Assembly (NCBI RefSeq): GCF_006345805.1
Contig: NC_043015.1
Location: forward strand, 1,054,001-1,118,000
Direction of reading: 5' to 3'
Source of the DNA: Octopus sinensis
Lineage: Eukaryota
Length of the DNA stretch: 64,000 bases
The number at the start of each line of letters is the position of its first letter. Position 1 is the first letter of the stretch. The notes beneath the pieces were generated by a model, which worked only from the letters and a program-made list of their open reading frames with translations, made no database searches and was not told where the DNA came from. Of this stretch, positions 27,061 to 40,697 are shown one piece after another. Position numbers and translations under genes: made by a program.

Positions 27061-29344
27061 AATAGATTAGTCGCCGTTTAGTTACGTATTTCGGAACGGT
27101 TGTAATTCACTTATGGAATTTAGTTACCGATACGGTTTTTCATTGGGTAAATGTATTTGAAAGTTGTGATTTCCTTGGTTTGTTTGTTGCCAATCAACAC
27201 TTATCTTAGTGCTGTTGATACCGCTGAATTGAACGTTACTGACCAGGTGTCGAAAACATAGTGATATCCGTGGGGCAGCCGATGATGGGGGGTATGTCGG
27301 ATTGTAAGTATGGCTGTATATATATATATGAGCTAGAGATATATATATATATATAATATAGTTACATATTTACCACTATGTGTGTGCGCGTGGGTGTGCG
27401 TGCGTGTATTGGTGCGTGTGAGTTTGCGTATATATATATATATATATACATAGTCTAACTTATCTGTTACTTGCTTCAATCCGTAAGCTCTTGTAGATGC
27501 GAGAGTTCAAATTTGCCACCCTTAAATGTATGTTTCTCCCAAGGTAGGTTTATCTGCTGTTCTAGGCAGCAGTATTCCCAGCTGATGTTTGAAGATATCT
27601 TCTTCGGTACCATGCAGTTTCCAACCTCTTTTATTATTATTTTTGTTTTTGCTGTGGACCTTTCACTTATAAGCAGTTGCACTATCTATTTGTAAATCTG
27701 GATGGCTCTCTCCCAAAATCAGTTCGAGAGTAGTTTAACTTTGAATATGGAAGTCGTATATAATTGCTTCCAAGATTTTCAATACATATATTTATGTATA
27801 TCTTTCCACTCAACATTCTAGGAAGTATATCTTAACCTTTTATCCTTAGCCAGGCGCTGGTCTGTGACTTTGAAGAAGTCACTTCGTATATCAGCAATGA
27901 ACTGTCGCAAGATCCACAAATAATTTTACACTATATGGTAACCACAATTGAAACCAACATTCTAGAAGCTTAGAGACAAATGCCTTTAGGAGGTGTATCA
28001 TAAATCCCTGCTGTGTTGTTTCGAAATTTCTTCGAATCCATTTGACTGGCTGTCTACATCTCATTGCCATCTTTGTAATATGCTGATGGTAGGATGTAGC
28101 ATTTCTCGTGTTAATGCATAGGTCATTTGCTGGGAGTAACCCTGGGCTGCAATGCCTCTTGGTTCTGTGTATTTTGAAATCATTACCTTTACTTTGGAAA
28201 ATTTTAGCAATGAATTTAAATTGCAAATTGTATATACAGGCCCACATATGACGAATATTTATATATAGGTAAATGCACAACTCACACATAGAAGCACGCA
28301 TACATATACACACGCATATAAATGCACACAAACACACACATACACACACACACTTAATATTTCTTGTTCCCGCTCTCAATTCCTATTAACTTATGTGACT
28401 TTCATGTTATACTTCCATCTCATTCATTCACTCGATCAATGGTTCCTTTCTTTCCTCATGTCTTCTTTCATTCATTGATTCACTCCTTCACTCACTCCTT
28501 CACTCTTCATTCTCTCACTCATTCACTTACATATTTATTCGCACTCTAACATACATAAACAAACACACAGGGAAATCCATACACGTGCAAGCGCGCACAC
28601 TCACACACACACATACATACAAAGCTACACTCCTCTATACTAAACGTACTACCTTCTTTCTTCCATAACACTGTCCATCATTTTACCCAAAGAGCTATTA
28701 AGCTGCCTGGCTGTCTGTGTTACATTTTCCACTTCCTATAAACCTGAATGCCATGTCCAAACCATTGTCTAGCGGAATCTTTATTTGCTGTAGTCTTTGT
28801 CCACAGTTAGCGACCACATTGACGGCTTTATGGAGCATTGTAACGACCTGCTAATTATTGGATTTCATTGCCTACTTTTCAAAGTAGGAGACATTTTGGT
28901 ACTTTAATTCTTTATTTATTTATCCTTCGGTATTTTGTGTATTTGTTAGAGTCTATTTTTCGCCTTAACACTATAATATTAGTATTGTTGTTATATATGT
29001 TTCTTTTTTTTTTGTATATATTGTTTTAGCTAATGTGTATTCATTTCAAGATAAACTAAGCACTCAGTAGCTTCAGAATGCAAAAACCACTACAAAATTA
29101 CATGCATTATCATGCGTACATGCAGACATGCACACATTCATAAAAAGAGTACACACACTCACACACACATATATGTATGAATGATTTTACATCATGCATA
29201 TACATGTATATACGTTTATGTGTGTGCGCGTGGATGTATATCCACATATATAAACATATAAATATGCATGCATATTGTATATACACCTATGTACACATGC
29301 ATACATACATACGTGCAACATATATACATACATGCATATCGATC

Positions 29345-30462
29345 AAAAAATGTCTTTGAGTGTCCTATCAGTGCAGTAGCATCTTTTAACCACCAAGTAT
29401 CGAAATGCATCTCTTGGCCAAGATTGCATACATGAGGCTCATAACTTCATAAGACTTGGAAGGCATTCCTTGTCTGATAACCTTAGATACTTCCCCAAAA
29501 ACGTCGCACGACTCTACCGCAACGTATCATCAGATGAAAGGATGAGCATATAAGAGCAGAAAATTATACATGGATATGTTAGTAGAAAGCTCCGGGATGA
29601 TAGCAACATTGATCATCAAAGCAGTCTATCATAAGCCATTAACCGAATTACTACCTCCAACTATTTGCAATCAGGAATAGGAAATATCAGCCAAATGCCT
29701 GATGCACAAGATGCACAGGGATGCAGGAAAAGCAGTAAAATGTGATAACTGATGAGGACTTTGTGAGCTAACACCGAAGATATCATCCACATCATATGTA
29801 GTTGTCCGAAAATGTAATGACGGTGTTATCTACCGATGAGTCATGATTTGGACACTCTATAATGTAATCCGTCGGAAGGATAACCCGAAGGACAAAGAAT
29901 TATGAACCCATAGTATGGTAGAACCTGAAGATCAGTGAACAAGAGAATACCTATGCTGAACTATTGAGAAATCTACAGTTACTTTATCCATATAACAAGA
30001 TCAGGTTTATACCTGTAACTATTGGGGATCTGGGATATGTAACACACTCTTTAAATACCAATCTTGAGAAACTAGGCTTCTGAAAACCAGAAAGGGGATA
30101 GCTAATTCGAAGAATACAGATTTGTAAAAACCTGTAAAACTTTCAAGAAGTTTTAAATATTTAAATATTTAAATATTATTTAAATATATAAAATTGTATA
30201 TACTTAAATATCATTTAAATATTTTAAATTTTATATATTTAAATATCTTTTAAACATATATGACCATGTAAGTTATGCAACTATGTGCATGAGAATAAAT
30301 AAAAGATAACATACAAATCTGCACATATACATACATGCATGGATACATAACATAAATGCAATCAAAAATATCCTGTTGATGTTGAAATTGCAATGAAGGA
30401 GACTTGGATCTAGATTAGAAACCGACTCTTTCTCTATTGACCAGAAATCTTGAAATAAAACT
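29345..30462 (+). mobile_element. R4/Dong-like LINE 3' fragment, same family as 5176-5712
   Basis: EDIIHIICSCPKM...YLPMSHD (CCHC knuckle region), then FIPVTIGDLGY. 3' UTR is shared with the first copy. Confidence 0.85.
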
Positions 30463-30552
30463 CAATAACGTTATATATACATACATACATACATACATAC
30501 ATACATACATACATACATACATACATACATACATACATACATACATACTACA

Positions 30553-30583
<31 letters not shown>

Positions 30584-32208
30584 GTGGTATGCATTATGTA
30601 TTTCTGCCTCTCCAAGTAATTGTGAACAGTTCTTCTCTTACACGTATCCTCAGCCAAACTCCTGTGCATTTCACAGAGCAAAATATAGTGAGAACAATAA
30701 GAAACGTCATGACATCTCGTTACTTTTGCTCTTCATAAGTTATCATCGTTGCTTTTAAATATAATTTTTAAAACAATATATAGGGAGGAAACTAAAAACA
30801 AGTATCAATACCTATTCATATATAGATTTATAAATGTTAACTATCTTGATGAAAAGCAAGATAATAACGTCAACACTTAGGAAGTGTGACTATGTCTGTT
30901 TATCTAAAATTTATGATAAAGCTAATTCATTTTTGTTTGAAACACCCACATCGATATTTCAAACAATATACTCCAAATCTTGCCTCGATTTTCTTAGTTT
31001 TTTTTTTGACATTGAATCTGCCAAGATATTCCATATTTACAATAATAACGACCTGGCAGTTGATAGCATGTAGAACCAGATTTGTAGAACAATGCATCCA
31101 GTACTATCCATGGAATGAACTTGTTGAACTACTTATGACATATTTTGATTTAGCGATTGTTGGAAAAAATGAAAACTACACGTGACAATTTTTATAAAAA
31201 GTTTTGTTTTGTTCATTCAATAAAAACTCTACAGAAACAAATTTATCGATCGTGTATATTTTAGATAATAGCAAAATATTTACTACCGTTGCCGGTAGGA
31301 TATTTACTGTCTCTGAATTACTACAACATGGTACTTTCGCGTAGAATATGACCCAATGACCAAATTTAAATATTACGTTTCAAAGACGCTAGATAAAGAA
31401 CTTGAGGTACAAATGATCGAGTTACCACTAAGATAGATAAAAAATTGCTGAGAAGGCGCATAAAAATATGACGTAATTTCTGTCAAACGACGGGTTTAAA
31501 TTTACGTAACGGAGATAAAAATTTTAGCAAATGATGGCGTTTGTACAAAGGCCTAACTAAGAAAAGAGTGGTTTTCATTTCATTGAATGCTATACATATA
31601 CAATCTATATTTGAAGACACTTCGTAGTTGGTATTAATGAAAGGAGAAAAGTCAAAGCAATTTGAACCTTCTTTTGTAGCTTGTGTTCCATTTTTTACTT
31701 CAGTATTTTTGTACTTTAACACTCACCTTTGATAAATTCCCCTTCCACTTAACAATATAGCTATAATCATCCGAGAAATTTACTGTTGGGCTATTCACGT
31801 ATCTGTATATAACATTAAACCGGAAAAATAATAAACGATATAATATTTGTGACATATACTACTATATATATACAAACTACGTTACACATTGAAAACGGAA
31901 CGATTACGGCTTGCTCTTAAGAGAGACTTCAAATACCAGTCTGTTAAAAAGAGAACATAAAACACGGGAGGAAAATGATTACCTTTGAATCTCAAAGTGA
32001 AAGAGTGTAAAATGCACACATACACATATAAGCTATTTTGTTGTAGTGAAATGAGTATCGGTCAAGCAATCATGGCGTAATGATAATTCAGATCAATTAC
32101 GGAAGAAAAACATATATGATTTAATCATACAGTTAAACATTTGGAATGATAAGGAGATAGTGGAATTTAATAAATGGTTTCTTCATTATATATATATATT
32201 ATATATAT

Positions 32209-32420
32209 GTGACCTCGTGAGTGCCGCTGGCGATTTTTTCCCTCTGTCTTCCCTTCTCGGGATCTTTCCTTCTCCTATGTTTCCGACGAAGAGCTCCGCT
32301 CGAAACGTTAAACCCTCATTCTTGCCTTCTTTCCTGAGCGTCCAATAATACTTTATTTGTTCCACGTCCTCGCGTTGTTGTGTTTTTTTTTTGTGTTTTC
32401 TTGTTTGGATTAACTTTATT
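32209..32420 (+). mobile_element. Divergent PLE terminal-type unit with hammerhead-like motif, copy 5
   Basis: 32279-32313 GTTT-CCGACGA-A-GAGC(TCC)GCTC-GAAA-CG-TT-AAAC, followed by TTCCTGAGCG...AATAC as in the other copies; (TA)n both sides. Confidence 0.75.
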
Positions 32421-33245
32421 ATATATATATATATACATACTAAAGAGTATTTTCCCATTATGGGCCAGTTTCGCTATTTATATAGGTACCTGAAATAGTC
32501 CAATCTACGCGAAACTTGTTTCATTCCTTTTGTATTTACGTTTCAGTGGTCATAACTTACAAAGCATTTTCCCATTGTGAGCCGATTTGACTCAATTAAA
32601 TTACAGACAAGCACCATCGCACAGAAGCACGCAAGCAGAACTGTCCAGCTGGTCATAATAAAGGGCAATAACTCCATGTTTCACTGGCTAAATTGGTAGA
32701 AACAAGCCACAAGAAAAATATATTTCAATAATCTGTGTTCCGATTTAAGTGAAACATGCTTTATTCTGTTTGTATTCCCATATCTGCGGTGCCTTTTTAC
32801 AGAGTATTTTCCAATTATAGGCCGGTATGGAATTATTAAATTACAGAGAAACGCAGAAGCAGGCAACCACCGACTTTTAGTATTATATAGATATACGCCC
32901 AAGAGTGACTCTGTTTAAAGTTAAATTATTATTATTTTATGAATGTCGTACTTCCTCATATCCATAGAGGCAAAAATATTCTGCCAGTCTCTTCCATCAT
33001 ATTTTTGCAGTGTAAAGCTATATACATCGCACCTATGGGTTTCTATATTCTTATGAGGTTACACTGCTGTGTCTGATGAAATGCTTCCGAAAGGTATGAA
33101 GAAATTTGAAGGAAACTTTTAGTAGAATGGTAGATAGTATGCAATATTAAAGAAAATAACATGGGTTCGAGTAGAATGGGCAAACTTTGAATATTTCCAT
33201 CCAAGGGTTCAAACAGCCCACAATAGTACATGCTATTATCTGTAG

Positions 33246-33332
<87 letters not shown>

Positions 33333-33431
33333 GTGTGTGTGTGTGGTGTGATAAATAAAAAATATATATGCATACATACAAACATATATGTACGTACCTA
33401 CATCTACATGTATATATACATGCATATATAA

Positions 33432-33504
<73 letters not shown>

Positions 33505-33795
33505 ACAGGGAGATATGCGTATAAAAATATATATATATTCTTGCACTTGCATCAGTCAATTAACTGTGGCCATGCTTGAACACCTTAAGTGTGTGTACGC
33601 TGTGTGCGTATGTGCGCGTGTTTGGGTCTGTAATTATATATATATGTATATATATATATATATAAGAATGAATGTTTTTATATATAATGAACGTGACATA
33701 CAGGAAGGGACGAACACGGAACACAGACAAATCATTCGAAGCCTTCAATCTTCATATATATAGGTATGTATATATGGGTATATATGAGTATATAT

Positions 33796-33849
<54 letters not shown>

Positions 33850-34774
33850 TACTACTTCTTTTCACTTTTATTTTGTCTTTGGCCGCCTCTACTCTAGTAT
33901 GTAGAGTTTCCTTCTTTCACTTACAATTCGGCTCACTTACTCACCGACTCTGTTTTACTTCCCTCCCTCCCTTTCTTATCCCTCTTTATTTCTCTTCTAC
34001 TCTGTTTGTCCCTCTCTGTCTCCAACTCTCATATCCTCATCATTGACATCCGTCCCATCTTCACGTGTTTTTCTCTCGAGTTTTACAGTGAGTGTGTTTT
34101 CAGACTAAGACACCCTCCTTTGTCATTAACCATTCAAACGGAACGAAGAATACACTTTGTTGATCGTCTTTTATTTCTTACTTCTTATCTTAGTTTTATA
34201 TTTTATTTATCATTTATAACCTTTATTTATTTACTATTTGTTTGTTTTTTACATATTTATTTAATTGTGTATTTATTTATTTATTCGTCCATCAACCATA
34301 ATGTTAGACTTCACTTCCCGCTTCACAATTTTCTCTTGTTTATATTGCTTTATAACTATAATCCCTCATCACCGTCTTTGTGAATAACTGTTTAGCGACA
34401 TTCTTATTTTTACGTCTTTCTGTATTGCCTTTTATAATATCTTTTTTTTCCCCTGGTCACTCTGTTAGCATGTGTCTACATGAATGAGAGCATTGAAGAG
34501 AAACACTAGTGTCTAATACAGAGGAGAAAATAAAATATAGACAAGAGGGAGACAGAGCGAAATGAGAGTGAGAGAGAGAGATGAAGAGAAGAAACAGTCA
34601 TAGAGAAAAAAGCTTTCTGCTTTAGCTGTTTTACTTTTTTTTTACTATTTCTTTAGTTAAGTATTGTTTAATCGTTATATCATTTTTCTTGATTGTTTTA
34701 TGAAATCATTCATTATTTCCATCATTTTGTACATCAAATATTTTCTTATTCTTTTCTGTTACACTTTTGTTTGC

Positions 34775-35150
34775 GCTTCTTCTTCTTCTTTCTTCTTCTT
34801 CTTCTTCTTCTTCTTTTCTTCGGCTTCTTTCTTCTTCTTCTTCTTCTTCTTCTTTCTTCTTATTATAGTCTATTATTATTATTATTATTATCATCATTAT
34901 CATCATCATCATTATTATTATTATTTTTATTATTATTATTATTATTATTACTATTATTATTACTTTCTTCTTCTTCTGCGTCTATTTCTTCTACGTCGGT
35001 TTCTTCTTCTTATTCTTATTCGTATACTTCTGCAACTTTCTCCGCCTGTTGTCGTCGTCATCGTCATCATCATCATCATCATCATTTTCATTATCCCCAT
35101 TGACAACATTATCATCGTCGTCATCTTCAATAATAATAATAATAATGATA
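34775..35150. repeat. (CTT)n/(TAT)n/(CAT)n compound microsatellite
   Basis: Direct reading. Confidence 0.95.
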
Positions 35151-35154
35151 TTGA

Positions 35155-35868
35155 TTTCAAATTTTAGCATAAGGCCAAAAAGATGGGGAAGGGAATGGGT
35201 CGACTACATCATTAACTCCAGTACGCAACAGGTACTTATTTTATCGGCACCGGAAAGAGGAAAGGCGAAGTCGATTACGGTGGAATTTGAACTCAGAACG
35301 TAAAGACAGACGTAATATCGCTAAGCATTTCACTCGGCGTGCTAACGTTTCTGCCAGCTCGCTGCCTCAGAAATAATAACAATAATAATAATGATGATGA
35401 TGATGATGATGCTGATCATGACGATGATGATGATAAGGATTTCAATTTTTAGCACCAGGCCAGGGTGTGAACAGGGTGTCAGTCATTGTACATCGTCTTC
35501 AGTACCAACTGGTACTTATTTTATCAAGCCCGAATGAATGATAAGGCAATGTTGACCCCGGTGGAATTTGAACTCAGAACGTAAGGACTGACTAAATACC
35601 GCTAAGGAATTTTTCGCGGTGTGCTAATGATGCTGTCAGCACTACAGCAGCAGCAACAGTAATAATAATTGCTTTTAATACAGGCACAAGGCGTGAAATT
35701 TGAGGGGGGGGGGGGCTAGTCGATTATATCGACCCAAATGCGCAACTGGTTGTTAATGTATTGACCTCGAACGGATGAAAGGCAATGTCGGCCTCGGTGG
35801 AGTTTGAACTCAGCACGTGAAAACGGAATAAATGCCCTGTGTGCTAACTATTCTGCCAGCTCTCCGCC
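35155..35868 (-). mobile_element. Three same-orientation SINE A copies (alternative tail) separated by trinucleotide repeats
   Basis: TTTGAACTCAG(A/C)ACGT recurs near 35286, 35567 and 35803. Confidence 0.8.
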
Positions 35869-35893
35869 TCAGAAATAACAACAACAACACAAC

Positions 35894-35963
<70 letters not shown>

Positions 35964-35964
<1 letters not shown>

Positions 35965-37620
35965 TCCTTTTCTTTGCCACCAGGGTGAAAGGTGATGGGA
36001 ACAATACGAAGACATAAAATCACTCGAAGAGAGCACCTCCCTCACCACCCTCATTTGCCATTTCGATTGAATCTTGAAAAGGTCTATGAGGGCTTTATCA
36101 AAGATGTCTTCATTCTTCTCGGCGTAGTACACCAGACAACCTCTTTCGCCACAACCTCCAGGCAAAGGAAAACTGCCTCGCCTGCCCGATTAAAGGAGGC
36201 GGTGGGGAAAGCATCACTATAGACTCGGATGACAGACAGATCCCTACCACAAGTGACATCATGCTGTTCCACATAATTCCACAAGTCAGCAAATGCTCGG
36301 CCACTGAACAAGTGTATGCAGAACAGGTTCGCCGCTTTGCGCGCACCTCGGAAAATCCGTCTGACAGCTCATTCGTGCCTGTAGAGTTTATCGCGAAACG
36401 TTACCCCCCAGTAGCACTGCCAAAAGAAATGTATCTGGAAATTATCCCTAATAATCCCAGACCCAAATGACCTCTGGAACAAACTAACCAGTTTGTCTTG
36501 GTCAACAACAAGATTCTCTATTAGGATGTCGTTGCATTTTCCGCCGCTAATCCTCTATAAAGATCTGAAGTGGAAATTCCATCGATCCTATTTCCTGATT
36601 GGTAGAGGACGTTGTGCGCCTGACGACATTCTTGGTGCCAGACGTCCTGTCTTGGTTTGTCCTTCACCCAGGATTGCAGAAATACGTGCCTCACTGAGGA
36701 GGCCCATGCATGTTCACCATCTAGTAATCGTTGCAAGTAGCGCAACCTTAGCGCTTGTCTGAGCATCGAAATCCACGGCATGCCTAAGCTGTTACACAGA
36801 GAGATCTGGCAGTGAACTGACCACGTGATCATTAGAACGTGTCCCTTCCGCAAGAACATGGGCGGCTGATATTTTTTTTCTTTTTGCAGGCATCCGACAC
36901 TATGACGGTGACGTCGTCCGTCTATGCAAACACTAAACTTTTGAGTCCGATTTCGGATTTTCGAAAGGGATGCCCCTCAAGTGTTCCAGCTTACGCAGCA
37001 GAGCTCGAGAACCATCACGTACAGAAGAGGTGAAAGCGGACCGAGTTTGCGATGCTAAACGGTTCCGATAGATGGCTATTTACTTTGACCACCGAGAAGT
37101 CGCCACTGTGTATTGCAGCAACTCAGTCCCTGAAAACGTGTCCGAAACCAGCTGATTTAAGGACGACTTCCAAGTAGCGATGGTTGACTCTATTGAATGC
37201 TTTCGATTGATCCAAATTTATCAGGGCTCCATTGAAGCCAGCTTTCGTCCAAGCCTTCTCTATGATGTATTGCATAAAGTGGAGGTTGTTGTGGATAGAC
37301 CCGGTCAGGATTGCTTCCGCTACTAAAATACTAACGGCCGTCGGCAACCTTTTAGCTAACACGTTGTCTAAAAATCTTGAAACCTGTCTTTAGCAGAGTT
37401 ATGGTCCAAAAGTTCCTTACTATCTCTTCATTGTGTCATCCTTCTTCAGTAATGTCACCACACCCCGACTAACAACACTAGGAATTCTCCCGTTCTGTTG
37501 CCAGTTTCGGTCAACATCTGCCAAGAGATCGCCAAACAAATCTCGCATGTATACATACAGAGACCATCTAACCCACGTGATTTCTGAGTTTTCCAGTCGC
37601 TCATCCTCTCACGTATTTCA
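35964..37620 (-). mobile_element. L1/Tx1-like LINE, decayed ORF2 (RT and C-terminal knuckle)
   Basis: LINLDQSKAFNRVNHRYLEVVLKSAGFG; FA*TDDVT (YADD-equivalent) near 36910; PRCAQSGEPVLHTLVQW knuckle remnant; 3' end runs into (TTA)n. Confidence 0.85.
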
Positions 37621-37962
37621 GTAGCCGTTATCGGCTAATGTCTGGAATTTTATGAGGATTCCAGTCCTCTTGAGTTGTGGGGTGTACTTCACCTCCACAA
37701 TCTCTTCATGCTCCTCCAGAATGGCTGAAATCCTCGTCGGATCACGGTGATCCCGCAAGTTGTTGATTCGAACTGGAGTCAGAATTTTACCCATGTAATT
37801 GGGAATCAGTACAAAATTCTGGGACGTGCAACTTGTAGTAACCATTGCTCTGGGTGCCTACTAACTGTTGCATATATCAGCTACCGTCCCATTTTATTTA
37901 CCTTTCTGTACATGTATCACTGAGGGCCACATATCTTCCAGCCATTTTTCGTATATATATAT

Positions 37963-38154
37963 AGATCGTTTGCTCGTACACACATTTTTTTCTCTACTTG
38001 TTTCTCTCCTTGCTTTTTTTCTGTGTATCTATCTGTCGAAGAGCGTAGGCTCTAAACGTAAAAGACTTTTTCTATTCCTGAGTGCTATACTAATACATTT
38101 CTTTGTTTGTACTCCACCTGCCTTCGTCTTTTGTTTATTTTAAACTTTCCCTTT
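37963..38154 (+). mobile_element. Solo PLE terminal unit with hammerhead-like motif, copy 3
   Basis: Colinear with the PLE terminus. 38028-38065 TCTAT-CTGTCGA-A-GAGC(GTAG)GCTC-TAAACGTA-AAAGA; (TA)n both sides. Confidence 0.85.
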
Positions 38155-38180
38155 ATATATATATACATACATACACACAC

Positions 38181-38222
<42 letters not shown>

Positions 38223-38241
38223 GTGTATATATATATATATA

Positions 38242-38340
38242 TACGAGGGGCTTCTTTCAGTTTCCGTCTGCCAAATCCACTGGAACTGAACCTGGATCCA
38301 TGTAGTTGGTAAGAAAGCTACTTACCACACAGCCACTCCT
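38242..38340 (-). mobile_element. SINE B, internally deleted fragment
   Basis: GCTTCTTTCAGTTTCCGTCTGCCAAATCCAC joined directly to TGGAACTGAACC...CACACAGCCACTCC. Confidence 0.75.
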
Positions 38341-38341
38341 T

Positions 38342-38387
<46 letters not shown>

Positions 38388-38401
38388 TTCTATATATATA
38401 T

Positions 38402-38439
<38 letters not shown>

Positions 38440-39020
38440 TATACACACATGTATTTATATATATATATATGTGTATATATGCATCATCCACGCACTTATC
38501 TAAAGTTGTGTGAGATGATCTGTGTGTTCATAATTGGTGTTATCTGTCTGTGTGTCTAAGGACAAATATGTTAATGCATTAACTTTCTGCCTGGCTCTTC
38601 TCCATGAAAATCTACGTCGATAACACTTCAAGACAATTTCCGTTGTTTCACATTAGGCTGCTTTAATGCATTTGCTTCTAAGAGCTCTTTTGCATTTTGT
38701 GTTATAATAAATAGTTCTTTTTTATTTTATTTTTCGTTTTCTTGTATTATTTTTTGACCCCAGCACACACTCACGTGCGCTTTATAGCGCGCCATTGGAT
38801 CCGATTGTATTTTTTTTTTCACTGGATAGCAACATACTGGATGTGTACACTGCACAACAATCGATTTGGTTTGCAATCACACGCATATGTTCCCTGGTAT
38901 TTACGCGTACAAACACACTTATACCCGAACGCTAACGGAAATATAAACACACTCTGAATGACACATAAGCGCACAAGTTTTTTATATACATACATATATA
39001 TACACACATACACACACATA

Positions 39021-39056
<36 letters not shown>

Positions 39057-39294
39057 CATATATTATATATACATATGTATTTATGATGTATTATTTATAT
39101 ACGTATACATATACATATACTATATTATATATATATATTATTTATATGTATATGAATATATATATTTATACATACACACATATATACATAATGTCTTATA
39201 TTTATACACATATGTATGCATTATGCATACATATATATACATATTGAAAATGGATGTATGGATAGATGCATAGCTATATTAAGCATCCACAGAC

Positions 39295-39334
<40 letters not shown>

Positions 39335-39337
<3 letters not shown>

Positions 39338-39517
39338 GGAGTTTACGAAAAAAACAAAACACGAAGACAGGTGGTGCACACAAAAAAAAACAGATATATA
39401 GTATAACGCTCGGGAGTAGAAAAGTCCTTTACGTTTCGAGCCTGCGGTCTTCTACAGAAAGGAACATAGAAAAAACAAGGGGAGAAAAAAATGTCTGTAG
39501 TGGCTAACGATCTGTCA
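39335..39517 (-). mobile_element. Solo PLE terminal unit with hammerhead-like motif, copy 4
   Basis: 39425-39463 reverse complement TCCTTT-CTGTAGA-AGACCGCAGGCTC-GAAACGT-AAAGGA; 3' end at (TA)n. Confidence 0.8.
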
Positions 39518-40419
39518 TAGCTAGATACATACATCCACTCACACACACATATATATGTATATATATATGTTTGTCTGTGTGTGTGTGTGGATGTATGTAT
39601 CTAGCTGTCTATCCATTATATATATATATATATATATATACGTGCGCGCGAACACGTATGTATTTTACATATCTTGATTACAAAAATATCTTTCTTTCTC
39701 ACCGCACGCATAGACACATACTATGTTGAAGTATTGTTGTATTATTACAACAATTAATAAATAGATTCGTTTCTCTAACATATTCATTACAATGCAATTA
39801 TTTCATTTTTGGGGTTTGACAAAAAGTGGGCTCCTATTTCCGAAATATGTGTCTTATTTCTTCTCTTTAATTCTCGCATTCACTCACTGAACATTAATTG
39901 TCAATAATATGTGAATTCGCAATTTGAATTTTATAAATATCTTGGTTATGTTCACCGTTATCTTATAATTTGCTGAATACAATTCAAATGCAGATATTTT
40001 ATGCAGTTACTTTATTCAAATACTAAATCGCTTTATGACATACAAATGCGTCAAGGATTAAAGGTTTAAATCTAAAAGGCTGTTCGAACTGGTGGAGAAA
40101 TTATATTTTCTCATTCATTAATTCTAAATGCAATGTTAACATAAATAGTATTACTGAAGTTGTCTACTGCAAATTATGTCTGTCTTGTGTCTCAATCCCA
40201 TAAAACAGATATAGTTGTTTATAATTTTCGCTTTGAAAATTTCATTCTACCAACAGTTCTTGTGATAGATGCTATATATGCATGATGTTTTTTGAAGTTG
40301 TGAAACTTCCAGCTTTGTAGTGTATGTTAGTATTCAAACGAACGGCGTATTTCAAGGATGAATATTACATATAAGGTACATTTTAAAACATAATCACGTT
40401 TTTTAATCCATAGAAGATA

Positions 40420-40625
40420 GTTTCAAAATTTTGGCACATGGCAAACATATTTGGAGAAAAGGAGTTAGTCGACTGCATCTAACCCAGTACTTCAGGAGCT
40501 CTTATTTTATCGACCGCAGAATGCTGAAAAGCAACGTCAACCTCAACGGAATTTTAGATTAGGGCATAAAGTAGGACTGAACTGTTACAAGTATTTTGTC
40601 CCCTGTGCTAACGAATCTGCCAGAT
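40420..40625 (-). mobile_element. SINE A, highly diverged copy
   Basis: TTAGTCGAC...CCCAGTAC...TTTTATCGACC...GTGCTAACGAATCTGCCAG. Confidence 0.6.
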
Positions 40626-40664
40626 AATATATATTATTTGGAAGATAACAGATATTTTGACAGA

Positions 40665-40697
<33 letters not shown>

